A DNA stretch of 64,000 nt, from contig CM052817.1 in NCBI GenBank assembly GCA_028534125.1, positions 45,200,001 through 45,264,000 of the forward strand. The letters run 5' to 3'. The notes beneath the pieces were generated by a model. It had not been told where the DNA came from and searched no databases. It worked only from the letters and a program-made list of their open reading frames with translations. Numbering within the stretch: the first letter of the stretch is position 1; each line of letters opens with the position of its first letter. The translations under genes and the position numbers were made by a program. This DNA comes from Lama glama. Taxonomy: Eukaryota. Positions 11,511 through 24,289 of the stretch are shown one piece after another.

Positions 11511-11905
11511 CTGTTGCATGTAAAAAGAACAAAGAGAAACACTGCAATCCAGGTATACAAATCAAGAATTAGTCATTTTTGTTGACTTTTGGTCATGGCC
11601 ATAACAACAGCAAGTAAACTATTTTCATTTCCATGTCACAGAAAAGAAAACTGCAGCTGCGAGAAATGAAGTGATTTGTTTGCGTAAGGCACACAGCTAG
11701 CAAGTGATACCTCAGCCCAAATACGTCAGTTCCAAAAGACTGCAGATTCTTAAAATACCAACATATTAATCTTGTCAGATATTTTCTACTTTCAAAACAC
11801 ACGACTGAACTCCTTAAAAGAATAAGATGTGTATATGAGATATACTAAAAACCCCAAATAAGTTTTTACTTCCTCTGTGGTGTCTCCGTATTTCCCTTTT
11901 CCTAC

Positions 11906-11994
11906 CTCGGTGGGTTTGAAGGTGCATTTACAGATGCAAAGTAGTCTTGGTTTACTTGGCAGCCTCGAATAACTTCTGATACAGTATTAATGGT
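11906..11994 (-). CDS. USO1: USO1 coding exon 11 (TINTVSEVIRGCQVNQDYFASVNAPSNPPR)
   Basis: ttacag acceptor, AG|GTAGGA donor; 89 nt; absent from the ORF track, translated by hand. Confidence 0.97.
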
Positions 11995-12269
11995 CTGTAA
12001 TGGGAGGGGGTGGGGGAGAAAATTTAGAGAAAGTCAGTCAAAGGAAAAAAAACCTGTTTTCAAAAGAAGAAAATGTTATATTCTTCTGCTTTTTCCTTTA
12101 AAATGCCCAAACTTAGACACCATATAAAATCAGTGACAGCATTATACTCTTGTAACATTTTCTTGAGATAACATTTCAAAACATTAAGCATAGGCCTCCA
12201 AACATTAAGTGTAAAAAGAACACTTGACCATATATTGCATTTAAAATCTCAAAAACCCAAAATTAATAT

Positions 12270-13270
12270 CCTCTAAGAGACAGAATCTATTTTTACAAAA
12301 GAAGAAAAAGATGCTTAAAAATAAAATCAGAGAACAAATTTAAAATGTAATAAATTAAAAATTCAATTTAAGGATGAAGTTGGAAAAAACCTCTAAAAAA
12401 AAAAAAGAATAAAAAGACAAACTGGGTCTAGCAACTCCAATAATCTAATAATAGACTTGCAAAAACAGAACAGAAAAGAAGAAATTGTCAAGGAACACAT
12501 AAAACATCCTTAGAACTGAAGCACATATGTCTCTGGCTTGACATGGCCCAGTGAGTGCCAGAAATTATTAGGGGTGTGGGGTGGGGTCTGTAGTACAGCC
12601 TATCATCAGGAAATTTCAGAAAATTAGAAACAAAGAAAGGATCCCAAAAGATTTTGGAGAAAAAGCAGGTTACATAAAACGGAATAAGATTCAAAATGGC
12701 TTCAGATTTCTTAACATTAACACTGGAATAATGTTCTGAAAGTTGAGCGTTAATGATTTCCAATTCTGAATTCCATATCTAACAAAACATTAGTTAATTC
12801 TGAAGGTGAAGGAATGACATGAAAGAGCTAAAAACAAATTATCTTGCCATTTACCCCTTTTCAGGAAGGCTACGTAAAATAAAATCTGAACCCAAGGGTG
12901 GGAGAAAAAGACACAGAATCCAGATAACCAAGGAGAGAGAGGTAAAAGGATCCTAGGAGGATGGCAAAGGAAAGTTCAGGGTAAGAGCTGTGTGGCAGAA
13001 CTACAGAATAACCAGCCAATATTGGAGCAGGAGGATGAGGGCTTCCAGAAGAAGGTCTGGGAGGGGGAACAATGTGTTAAGCATGAGATAGTATTAATAC
13101 TCATAGATACACAGAAAATCAGTAAAATGAAAAAAGAACACTTCTATAACTCAGGAAAGAAAAAGTGATATAAAAAAGATTTAAGGCTCTGTTTGGCTTA
13201 GCAGGAAACAGTATTTACATAGTCATAAAACTATAAACCCTGATTATTGATTTAAATGTAAATTACTGGG
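12270..13270 (+). mobile_element. Decayed L1 ORF1-like fragment
   Basis: aaaaagcaggttacataaaacggaataagattcaaaatggcttcagatttc resembles old L1 ORF1; edges approximate. Confidence 0.5.
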
Positions 13271-13851
13271 TTGACAGGAGGAAGTAAAGTGGGAGGGTTA
13301 TACAGGGAGCGGAAATGGGACTTAAGGTAGGGAGGAGGGAGTCTGAAGACAGCCATTCTCATAACAAAACTTTAATTAACTGTGCTTTTAATGTGCATGT
13401 GTTAATTTGAGAAAAAAATTTAAAGAAACCTTTTGTTTCTTCAAACTAACTTCTTTTTCTTAATAGGTAGGAAACAGAAAATGCCATACATCAAGGAAAA
13501 AGAATTTATTATTCTACAAATAATTAACACTCAAGTCTTACTTGATCAAGTCATCCTGTTCTCAAAATTAAAAATGTAAATTATACTGTGCACGCCCTGT
13601 TGAATACAATAAAATTAGTGAGAAGCCTTCTAAGCTTTAACATTATTTATCTACTATTAAACTTGAGGAACCAATACACCTTTTGGAATTGATACTGTCA
13701 TCATTATGCTAATTATACTTTAGTAGGATCAGTAAGGAATTTAACATACAAGAATGGTTAAGTTACTGTTTTTCCTTCAGCTGATATCTAATTCTTCCTA
13801 GGCCTCCTGATTTCACCTTCACAGAGTAGCCTCTGCCTTCATTTGGTTTAC

Positions 13852-13992
13852 CTCAGTCAGGATATCAGCAGGAACGCCAGTGGCCATGAGGATAGTGCAG
13901 AGCTGCTGTAGTAAGCCACACTGGAACATAGCTTTCTGGCAGCTACTGGTAGCACCAGGAGGGTTGTTGGGAGATACCAGTACACGAATAAG
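13852..13992 (-). CDS. USO1: USO1 coding exon 10 (LIRVLVSPNNPPGATSSCQ...PADILTE)
   Basis: tctcgcag acceptor, GAG|GTAAAC donor; 141 nt. Confidence 0.97.
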
Positions 13993-15210
13993 CTGCGAGA
14001 GAAACAGAACACAAAATCTGTCTTTTAAAGATCTGGAAAGTCTCAAGACAAACTTGATCTATATGGGCAGAAGATCTATGTGGAGGATTCCCTCATCATT
14101 CAGCCAGATCTGGGAGCTGTTTCCTTCATTCTCTCCTGGCCATAGTTATGTTCCTGTACATACCACATTATGCTATTTGCTTATCTCCTTCAGGATTGTG
14201 AACCCCCAGAGTAGAAACTGCCTCAGTTGTTTTTGTATCCCAAAAACCAAGCAGGGTACTTGTAACACAGTCCATAATCAACAAATGAATGAATGAATGA
14301 ATGAATGAAGTAACACGGTGGTAGATTTCTTATGGAAGTAAGGATGAACCACCTAATCACAGAGCAGGACTGAAAACAGAATGGCCTGAGGTGTGATAAA
14401 ATTTCCCCTAAACTGGAAATATTTAAAGAGAGGCTAAAAAGAACTGGAGACATGGTAGGGAAGAGGTTGGCCTGTTGACAGTTGTTGAATGCTAATTCAA
14501 TCTCTAAGATGCTATGAGAAGTTTGACCCTAAACATAAAATTTCAGAGATGTGAAAAATGTCATTCCAAACAAGTGTTCAGCACAGTTACATCTTCAGAA
14601 TAATTTTATATACACATATCTTACATTTTAAAACTAGTTTATATGTACATGCATGTACAAAACCTTGTATATCAAGATCAAATGGTCTATTTACTATACA
14701 TTATTAATGAAAAGTGCTATATAAATGTTACCCATTATTTTATAGTAACTATGCAGGGGTAATCAACGCTATAAGAGAAGGCTAAAGAGGAGATACAAGA
14801 GGAGACTGAAACAATTTTATTATTGTAGCTGGTGCATATTATAGATAATGACTTCACCAAGAAGGGGACTTTTTTTGTTGGAGAGATAAAACATAAAAAA
14901 TTAAATTCAGGCACGAAAAGTGCTATTTTTATTGTTGGTGAATAAAAAGATGACCAGTAATAACCACAATTTGTGAAAAATTCAATCAGTAGTTAAATCA
15001 GTGAATTATGAAGAATTAGAATAGTTAATGTTTCCACATCTGGCTTAACAGACATTCTCAAACAGACCTGACTAATAACTGATATCACAGGAGAGAGGCT
15101 TTAGGACTACACATTAGTTCCTGTTCTTGGATCTTCCTAGTTAGACTTCTGTTGTTTTTTGTTTTTTTTTTTAAATTTATTACCCTCCTATTCCTACTTT
15201 TTAAAAAATA

Positions 15211-17510
15211 CAGGCATACTTCAGAGATAATGAGGGTTCTCTTCCAGACCACAATTAAGCAAGTATCGCAATAAAGCAAGTTCACATGAACCTTCTGGTT
15301 TTCCAGTGTATATAAAAGTTATGTTTACACTATACTGTAGTCTATTATGTGTGTCTAAAAAACAATGGATATACCTCAGTTAAAAAATATTGCTAAAAAA
15401 AGGCTAACCATCATCTGCGCTTTCAGTGAGTCACAATCTTTTCAATGGTGGAGTCTTCGCTGATGGCTGCTGACTGATGAGGGTGGTGGTTGCTGAAGGT
15501 TGACATGGCTGTGGCAACTTCTTAAAATAAAACAATAATAAAATTTACTGCGTTAGTTTTCTTCTCATGATTTCTCTGTAGCATGCTATGCTGCTTGATA
15601 GCATTTTCCCACAGCAGAACTTCGTTCAAAATTGGTATCAATCCTCTCAAATTCTGGCACTGCTTTATCAACTAAGTTTTTGCAATATCCTTTGTTGCCA
15701 TTTCAATAATCTTCACAGCATCTTCACCAGGAATTGATTCCATGTGAAGAAAGCACTTTCTCTGATCATCCATAAGAAGCAATTCCTTATTCATTAGTTT
15801 TACCATAAGATTGTAGCAATTCTGTCACATCTCTAGGCTCCATTTCAAACTCTCTTGCTATTTTCACCACATCTGCAGTTACTTCTGCCACTGAAATCTT
15901 GAACCCCTCAAAGTCATCCATGAGGGCTGGAATCAACTTCTTTCAAACTCCTATTAATTTTTATATTTTGACCTCTTTCCATGAGTCACAAATGTTCTTC
16001 ATGGCATCTAGAACGGTGAATCTTTTCCAGAAGGTTTCCAGTTGCCCAGGTCCATCAGAGGAATCACTATCTATAGCAGCTATAGCCTTATGAAATGTAT
16101 TTCTTAAGTAAGAAGATCTGAAAGTCAAAATGACTCCTTGATCCATGGGCTGCACAATGGAGGTTCTATTAGCAGTCATGAAAATAATGTTAATCTCTAT
16201 GTACATTTTCATCAGAGCTCTTGGGTGACCAGGTACACTGTCAGTGAGTAGTAATATTTTGAAAAGAATCTTTTTTTCTGAGCAGTAAGTCTCAGCAGTG
16301 GACTTAAAATTTTCAGTAAACCATGTTGACAAGATGTGCTGTCATCTAAGCTTTGTTGTTCCATTTGTAGAGTACTGGCAGGGAAGATTTAGTATGTAAT
16401 TCTTAAGAGCTATAGGATTTCTGGAATGGTAAACGAGCACTGGCTTTAAATTAAAGTTGCCAGCTGCTTTAGCCCTAACAAGAGAGTCAGCCTGTCCTTT
16501 AAAGCTTTGAAGCCAGGCATTGACTTCTCTCTAGCTACAAAACTCCTAGATGGAGTCTTCTTCCAATAAAAGGCTGTTTCATCTACACTGAAAATCTGTT
16601 GTTTAGTGTAGCCACCTTCATTAATGATCTTAGCTAGATCTTCTGGGAACTTGCTGCAGTTTCTACATCAGCACTCGCTGCTTCACCTTGTATTTTTACG
16701 TTATGAAGATGGCTTTTTTCCTTAAACCTAATGAACCAACCTCTGCTAGCTTCAAACTTTCTATCTGCAGCTTCCTCACCTCTCTCAACCTTCACAGAAT
16801 TGAAGAGAGTTAGAACCTTGCTCTGGATTAGGCTTTGACTTACGGGAATGTTGTAGTTTGTCTGATCATCTATCCAGACTACAAAAACTTTCTCCGTATC
16901 AGCCATAAGGCTGTTTCACATTCGTGTGTTCACTGGAGTGGCACTTCTATAATTTCCTTCAAGAACTTTTCCTCTGCATTCACAACTTGGCTAACTGGTG
17001 CAAGAGGCCTAGCTTTTGGCCTATGTAGGCTTTCAACATGCATTCATCACTAGGCTTAATCATTTCTAGCTTTTGATTTAAAGTGAGAGACATGTGACTC
17101 TTCCTCTCACTTCAACACTTAAGAGGCCATTGGTTAACTGGCCACTTCAATACTGTCCTGTCTCAGGGAACAGGAAGGCCCGAGGGGCGGGAGATGGGGG
17201 AATGCTCAGTTAGTGAAGTGGTTAGAACACACACATTTATCAATTACGTGGCCATTGTTCGTGGTGCCTCAAAATAATTACAATAGTTACAAAAAGATCA
17301 CTGATCGTAGATCACCATAACAAATATAATAATAATGAAAAGGTTTGAAATACTGCAAGAATTACCAAAATGTGACAGAGACCCAAGTGAAGTGAGCAAA
17401 TATTGTTGGAAAATGGTGCTGATAGAATTGCTCAGCAGAAGGTTGCCATAAATCTTCAATGTGTAAAAAATGCAATTATCTGTGAGGCACAATAAAATGA
17501 GGTATGCCTG
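15211..17510 (-). mobile_element. Tigger1 (TcMar-Tigger) DNA transposon, near full length, 2.3 kb, inactive
   Basis: Inverted termini CAGGCATAC.../...GTATGCCTG with TA on both sides (15209-10, 17511-12); minus-strand ORF remnants 16634..16906 (CENP-B-type [15 protein letters not shown]) and 15961..16332 (DDE region, QPMDQGVI), broken by stops and frameshifts. Confidence 0.95.
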
Positions 17511-18997
17511 TATTTAATGCAAATACCAAGCTATGTGTCACTTCTCCCATAAATATTTCTATATGCCTAACTAATACTTTAAAAAACATAACCACCATGC
17601 CATTATTATATCTAACAAAATTAACAGTAATTCCTTAACAGCATCTAATAGCAGTTGGATATCTGCTTTGACGATGTAAATAAAGAAAAAGGAATTAACA
17701 AATTTCAAGATAAAAGTAGGATGGATGGCTGAAGAAAGAGGTAAAGGCATTTATTATAATGGATAAGATCTATATGGATAAGAAAATAAGTGAAGATCTA
17801 ATAGCAACACTCAAATATGGAATAGACCTTTATTTTTCCAGAGGGCAAAATGAGGGGAAGTTTGTATATGTTATATCAAGGTACATTCTGACTCATTATA
17901 TGGATTAAATTTTTAATAATTAGAACTACCAATGAAAAGGATTCTCTCATAAGGTAATGGGCTTTCTAAGAGTCATTGGTCGTATCTGTCCAAAAAATGG
18001 CACAGAAGGATTCCTATAGGTAGAACTAGTCATAAAACTGTATTTCAGGAAAAAATTTAAATGTTTTACAACTAAAAATTTTTTCAAGAGGATGCTTTCC
18101 TCAAATTTACTCTGCAAACTTTGAATGGACGATCCTCAAGCAGATCAATTCAATTTTTAGTGGCTTAGAATTCCATCATTATTGTATCTGTGATGATGAA
18201 TAATTCCAACTAAGACGTATCTACCTAAATAGGATTGTTTATCATCATTTTTGATGTGTTTTCATTTTGTGCATAATAGACAACTTGAAATACAAGCAAC
18301 CCTAAATAAAGCTATCAAGAAAGAGCACCCTAATAGGTTGAAAAGCAGAAGACAACCTGTGGCTAGTGAAGCCATGAATAAATCAACCACTCAATCTTTG
18401 AGGTGGAGAATATATCAAAGTGAATTAAACTCAGTTTCTTCATTTTGAAGTTTATGTGCTTCAAGATTAGAATCTAGTCTATTCAGTTTCTAAAAGTAAA
18501 GAATACTTAAAGAACTAACTTAATACATAACCAGAATACTGTATTTTTCTGTTTATATGCAACACTCTATCCAAATTTTTTTTTTTTGGTAAAATAGTAC
18601 TTTACCTTTTAACAGGCAACACTTTCTTCAAAAATAATTCTTTACATAGTATCCTAAGTTATATAAAACATGAGTAAGCTCCTTAAGTAGTTTAAATTTT
18701 CACCCTGACAGAAAATATGTATGTATTTTATATATCATCAGATCCCTTTATTCTCTCTAATCACATTTTGAAAATTACGTTTCTAGAAAATTTCTTTTAT
18801 TAAAAAAGTGGTGTTGAGCAAAGATATCCAGCTTACCACTTGGGACACTATTTTAAAACATAAAAAACTAACAGCCCTGAAATGTGTAAAACTGACATGT
18901 GAAAACAGAAACAGTGAAGTTGGGAGTATCAACAGAAAGATTCTGTCTACGTTCTCCTATGAAAAATTTTCCTAACAGTTTTTAGGCATATTCTAAT

Positions 18998-19113
18998 TAG
19001 GGTAACTATATGATTTATTATCTAAACTGGGACACTTCTGAAGTGAAACAGGACACCATCAGTAATTACAAAATGAATACTGGCCTGGCAAACTGGGGCA
19101 TACAGTCATCCTA
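18998..19113. mobile_element. Short non-autonomous hAT-Blackjack element (MER94-like)
   Basis: tagggtaacta...tacagtcatccta inverted ends; internal aaactgggacactt and ggcaaactgggg motifs. Confidence 0.6.
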
Positions 19114-19994
19114 ACTATCAATCAACCCTATGCAGGCAACTCCCAGAGCATGCAACAATATGCAGATTTTAATTACCAGTCTGATTAACCATCCTGTTTT
19201 GAGGAACACAACTTCAAAGACGCAGGTACAATTCAGGAACATTCAGAGACCCACAAGAATCACTAGAGAGTAAGTTAGGAGGCTAGGATAAACTTCAGGG
19301 TTTGGAGAAGAGGAATTCAATAAAGGAATAAATAAAATACTACAAAACCTTCATAATTTTCTCTGATACAAAAATAATTTGGGAACCTATTGTCTTTACT
19401 TTTATTATCTATCACCATCAAACTTTCACCATAAAGCTTAAATAAAACTACACATGATTTGTCAATTTAACTTGTATTGGACTTAAAAACTCAAGACTAT
19501 TAATCTTTGGGGGCACGGACATTATCATTCATTTCCAAGCATGTAGTGCCTGGCTCTCAGTAAATGTTTACTGAATGAATTTATTTGTTGAACTTAATAG
19601 TCTGAATATTAAAATTTATGATATAGGATCCTTAATTGAAGAAGGTAGATTTTAGAAATTCCAATCAACAACCTAACCTATTAGTTTCTAGCGTAAAACC
19701 CATCAGGAAATTCTATATTTGGATTTGCTTTAAAATAATTCAACAAGGCAAGAGAGGGGAATAAAAGATGAACAAAATTGCCAGATGTCAATAATTACTG
19801 AAGCTGAGTGATGTGTATGTGGGGGGATCTCTATCTCTGAGTGTAACTGCAAATCTCCGTATCAAAAGGTTTTTTTTTTAAGTCCATATGAAACCAACCG
19901 AAGATAATGGATTTATCAAACACAGGCCATTTTCTTTTCTTTGAAATCATCACTGTCAAAATTCTTATCACATTTCCATTTAAGGACAGTATAC

Positions 19995-20173
19995 CTGTAG
20001 CATTAGGTGCAGATTAGTCACTTTCTGTGCAGACCAGCCAGAATTTTCATCTCCAACTTCAAACCAAGGTTTCATACGTTGAATATATGAGCCTTCTTTA
20101 AAAAAATTTTGATTGGAATTGTTGTTTTTTAACAAGTTTTGGAGCAAAATCAGGCAATCTTCTACTACTATAC
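19995..20173 (-). CDS. USO1: USO1 coding exon 9 (GIVVEDCLILLQNLL...VTNLHLMLQ)
   Basis: tccccag acceptor, CAG|GTATAC donor; 179 nt. Confidence 0.97.
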
Positions 20174-21087
20174 CTGGGGAAAGAATGTAAAATGGAAAAG
20201 TTAAGGCTGACAAGACCTGAAGGAAAATTCAATCCCCAAGCATTTAAAAAAGATAAATCTCCATGCTGAGCATCTCTTCAGTATGTAAGGCAGACAGCCT
20301 GCTCTTTCTCAGGTCTCCCAATGACCTCTTGACTTCTATTTTCAACTATTCACTTATTTTAGTAACTCACATTTTTCCCTTCAAATCCAGCTCACATGTC
20401 ATTTCTTCAGGAATGATTAGCAAGACCCAATGACTAGGTTAGGATCACCAACTACATGCTCTCATTGTAGCCTGCTCCTTTCACGATTATGTAGTATCTT
20501 GTCCACTAGATTATAATTTGTGAAGACAGGAATGGGTGAATGTCCTACTTACCTCTGCATCCTCAGCAGAGATAGAGACAAGAGATCAGGTGTTCACATG
20601 GTAGGTCACTACTCAATATTTGTTGAATGACTCAATCGTATCTTATTTAATCTCTAAGAAGCACTTGATATTGCTGTTGCTATGTCTCTTCCTTGAAACT
20701 TCCTCTTCTCTTGTTTTTTTTTTAAGAACACTAACTACTCCCTCCTTTCCTTATAGATGTTGGGCCACTCTTCAGGCTTCCTATTGTTCAGAGTTCCTAT
20801 TCTCCACTCTTTCATCCTTTTCCTTCTTCTCTTTGTACAACATACCAATTTCCAGGGTTGCTTAATACTACAGCTTCTATTATTATCACAGCTAAAGGTC
20901 TTCAACATGATCTCCACTTTATCTGGTTTACCAGCTGCTAGTTTAACCAATGAGCTCCACTTCCTTGTGAAACATATGACTCATGCTGGATGCTCACAGT
21001 TGGTAGGTTCCTCTGCATGGTACACCCACCCCTTTGCATCTACTAGTTGAGATGTGTTCTTATAAGAATCAATTGCTTTTTAAAAAT

Positions 21088-22250
21088 TAATACTTTTTCA
21101 GACTAGCTTTAGGTTTACAGAAAAACCTAGCAAAAAATAAAGGGAATTCTGATATACTCTCTCCTTCCCAGGTTTCACTATTACTATATTTAGCATCAAT
21201 GTGGTACATTTGTAGACTGACAAATGAATACTGATACATTATTAAGTCCATGTTGACATTAGGGTTCATTCTTTGTCTTATACAGTTTTATACATTTCAC
21301 TGTGTGTATAATTTCATGTATCATACAGAATAGTTTTATTGTTCTAAAGATCTTGTGTTTCACCTATTCATTCCTCTTTCTTCCCATCTCCAAATCCTTG
21401 GCAACCCTTGATCTTTTTATTGTCTATAAGGTTTTGCCTTTTCCAGATATCGTAGAGTTGGAACCACAGAGTATGTAGTCTCTCCAGACTGATGTATTTC
21501 ACTTAGCAATATGCATTTAAAGTTCCTTCATGACTTTTTGTGGCTTGATAACTTTTCATCATTGAATGATATTCTACTGTCTGGATGTACTACAGTTTAT
21601 CCATTCACCTACTGGAGGACACCTTGGTTGCTTCCAAGTTTTGGCAATTATGAATAAAGCTGCTATAAACATTCGTGTGCAGGATTTTGTGTGGATATAA
21701 CTTTTCCACTCATTTGGGTAAATATCAAGGAGTGTGATTATTGGGCTGTACGTTAAGAGTATGTTTAACTTGATAAGAAACTGCTGAACTGTCTTTCAAA
21801 TTGGTTGTATCATTTAGCATTCCCACTAGCAATGCATGACAGTTCCTATAGCTCCACATTCTAGCTTGCTTTTGGTGTTGTCAGTGTTCTGGATTTTTGC
21901 CTAATAGGTGTGTAGTGGTATCTCATTATTCTAATTTGCATTTTTCTAATGATATATGATGCTACCTTTTCATATGCTATTTGCCATCTGTATATCTTCT
22001 TTGGTGATATGTCTGTTCAGATCTTTTGCCTATTTTTAAATTGGGTTTTTTATTTACTTGTACTTTATGAGTTCTTTGTATATTTTGGCTACAAGTCCTT
22101 TTTCAGATGTGTTTTGTAAATATTTTCTTCCAGTCTGTAATTTATCTTTTTATTCTCTGAAGTGTCTTTTGCAGAGAAAATTTCTATTTAGTGATGTCCC
22201 ACATACCAATTTTCTCTTTCATGGGTCATGCTTTTTGTATTGTACCTAAG
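21088..22250 (-). mobile_element. L1 (L1M-type) 3' end
   Basis: Reverse L1 3' motifs: ttatccattcacctactgg, ggcaattatgaataaagctgctataaacatt, gtggtatctcatt, ttcagatcttttgcctattttt. Confidence 0.85.
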
Positions 22251-23259
22251 AGTAAATGACTATTGTTCAGAAATCTATCATGCTATTTGTACTAGTTATT
22301 AATTAACTATTATGTAAACTACTAAAATGTAAGTATGACAACAGAGCTATTTTTATGAGAACTACCTTTAAATCTGGCAAAACTCAATGAAATCAAGTCA
22401 TTATGAACAGCTATTGTTACGCATGGATAATACAAGTCTAAAAAATAAGGGAAGTAACTGCGAAACCCCAGAAAGATCCTGCACTCCATTTCAAGGAAAC
22501 CAAAATGCAAATCCTGTGATATATTATAGGTGTGATATATTCAAGAAAGATGATCAAAAGACTCCAATCAGCAGACCCGTATTCAAAGAAAAGATCTGGC
22601 CTTAAACCAAAAGATTAGCAAATAAATGTACATTAAAAAATGTGTAACGTTTAACTTAAAATGTTAAAGTTGTACATATTAAACATTTTTTAAGAATTTG
22701 ATTTAATTGATTTCTCCAGATTAGAGGCTTCCTTATCTCATATTCCTGAACCATGTGGATTCCACCCTCATAAGCAGAAACCACTCTATCTATCTGTCTT
22801 TTATGCAGGACCATAAATCTCCATTATGTAAGATCTGCCATTAGGACCATCTGAAGGCGCTGGAGAAAACAGAATGTCAAAGCCCTCACTATAACTAGCA
22901 GGCCTTCCTTCCAGTGTGCAAAGTGAATTCTAGAGCCTTGAGGTTCACTATCAATGAAAAGAAGCCATTGGAACTTGTTTCGGCAACCACGAAGGATCTA
23001 GAATTCACTCTGCAACCTTTAACCACTCCCACCTTGCCTTAGAATCCCATTTTCCTTGGTCACCTTTGAAAATGTGCACCTTCTGCTCATCTATGCTTTC
23101 CCATTTTCTCATCTTAGAATGCTTCGTGTTTCCTCTCCCCTGCTTAATCCCCTTTCAAACTCTTTTATGATGCTACCTCAAACTCCCAAACATTGGTTAA
23201 TAAAACCTACTATACCCTCAATTACCTTATGAAATATTCCTTTTCTTTAAAGAAGCTAC

Positions 23260-24280
23260 TTTACTCTGTAATGTTAATGATCCTCTCAGCCCAGAGTACT
23301 TTCCAGAGATCATCGATCCTCTCATAAAAATCTCCTGTTCCACTGAGGCTCAGGCCATCTGGCTGTACCATCTATTTTACAACTCCTCATTACAGTTACA
23401 TAGCAAATTCATGGTCACCACTCTTTGCTCACCGAAAACAATGGCATTTCACTCAAAGTCTTTTTCCTTTCTTCATGTTCTGCTGTCACTCTTGATTTCA
23501 ATTTCAATGACAACTCATCCAATACCTGGACCCCTCAGTCCCTTGGCCTCATCTTCAGAGATAATCCTTACTCTAGCACTGAAACCTCCTATCTTTCCAG
23601 CTCAAATATTCTCAACATATCTGTTCTAGTTTCCCTGAGACTTTTAACCCATCAACGTCTTCTTTTTAGAAAACTCTTCTGTCTTGACTTCCTTCCTTAT
23701 CTAGCTTTGGCACATATAGATCTTCATTTCTTCCACCTTATAATTTGCTAACCTCTCGTCTGTCTTTCCATAGACAGTGGAAAAGGCACAATCCCATCAA
23801 AAACTGCCTGCCTGGCCTTTTACCCCCTACATCTGTAATTAGGTAGCTGAATATTGGGGGGAAAGGGGGACAGATAATCAAATAGTCTGCACTGCTATAA
23901 AATCATGGTGAACACCCTCAATGGGGCCTTTATCCTTGCCTGGGAATCTCCCTAATTACAACAGTCAACAAATCTCCTATTCCAAAAGACTATTTCCAGT
24001 CTTCTCCATAATTCTCAACTGCGTCTTCCTCTTTCAACTCAACTCCCTATCACCAAATCCAAAAAAGGACCTGAATCTTCACCCATGCCATCCTCTGTTA
24101 TAATGGAAGATATGCTTCTTCTCCTATTTTAAAAGCCAATCCTTACCTCTACTCTGGATTCTGTTTCTTCCTCCTTTTTGAGGTATTATGTATCACTGAC
24201 TGATTGTCTTCTGTTTCTCTCATTTCAAACCTCTGCCCCCTCTCTGCTTGCTTACACTGGCTACAGTCTCTTCCATTTTA
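23260..24280 (+). mobile_element. L2 LINE relic, continuing at about 26200-26930 after an L1 insertion
   Basis: Pyrimidine-rich L2-like sequence (aaaagccaatccttacctctactctggatt; aaatgctctccccaaggtcatcagtgatg in the continuation). Confidence 0.55.
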
Positions 24281-24289
24281 AAGAAAAAG

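Noticed and set aside
11590..11810. CpG-containing block in short intron 11 considered as a snoRNA or extra exon
   Set aside because: The minus strand fits a MIR core (ctagctgtgtgcctt...aatcacttcatttctc...cagttttc); no convincing C/D or H/ACA layout
13880..14296. 138-aa + strand ORF
   Set aside because: Antisense to exon 10 and runs into an L2-like (GAAT)n tail; no recognisable domain
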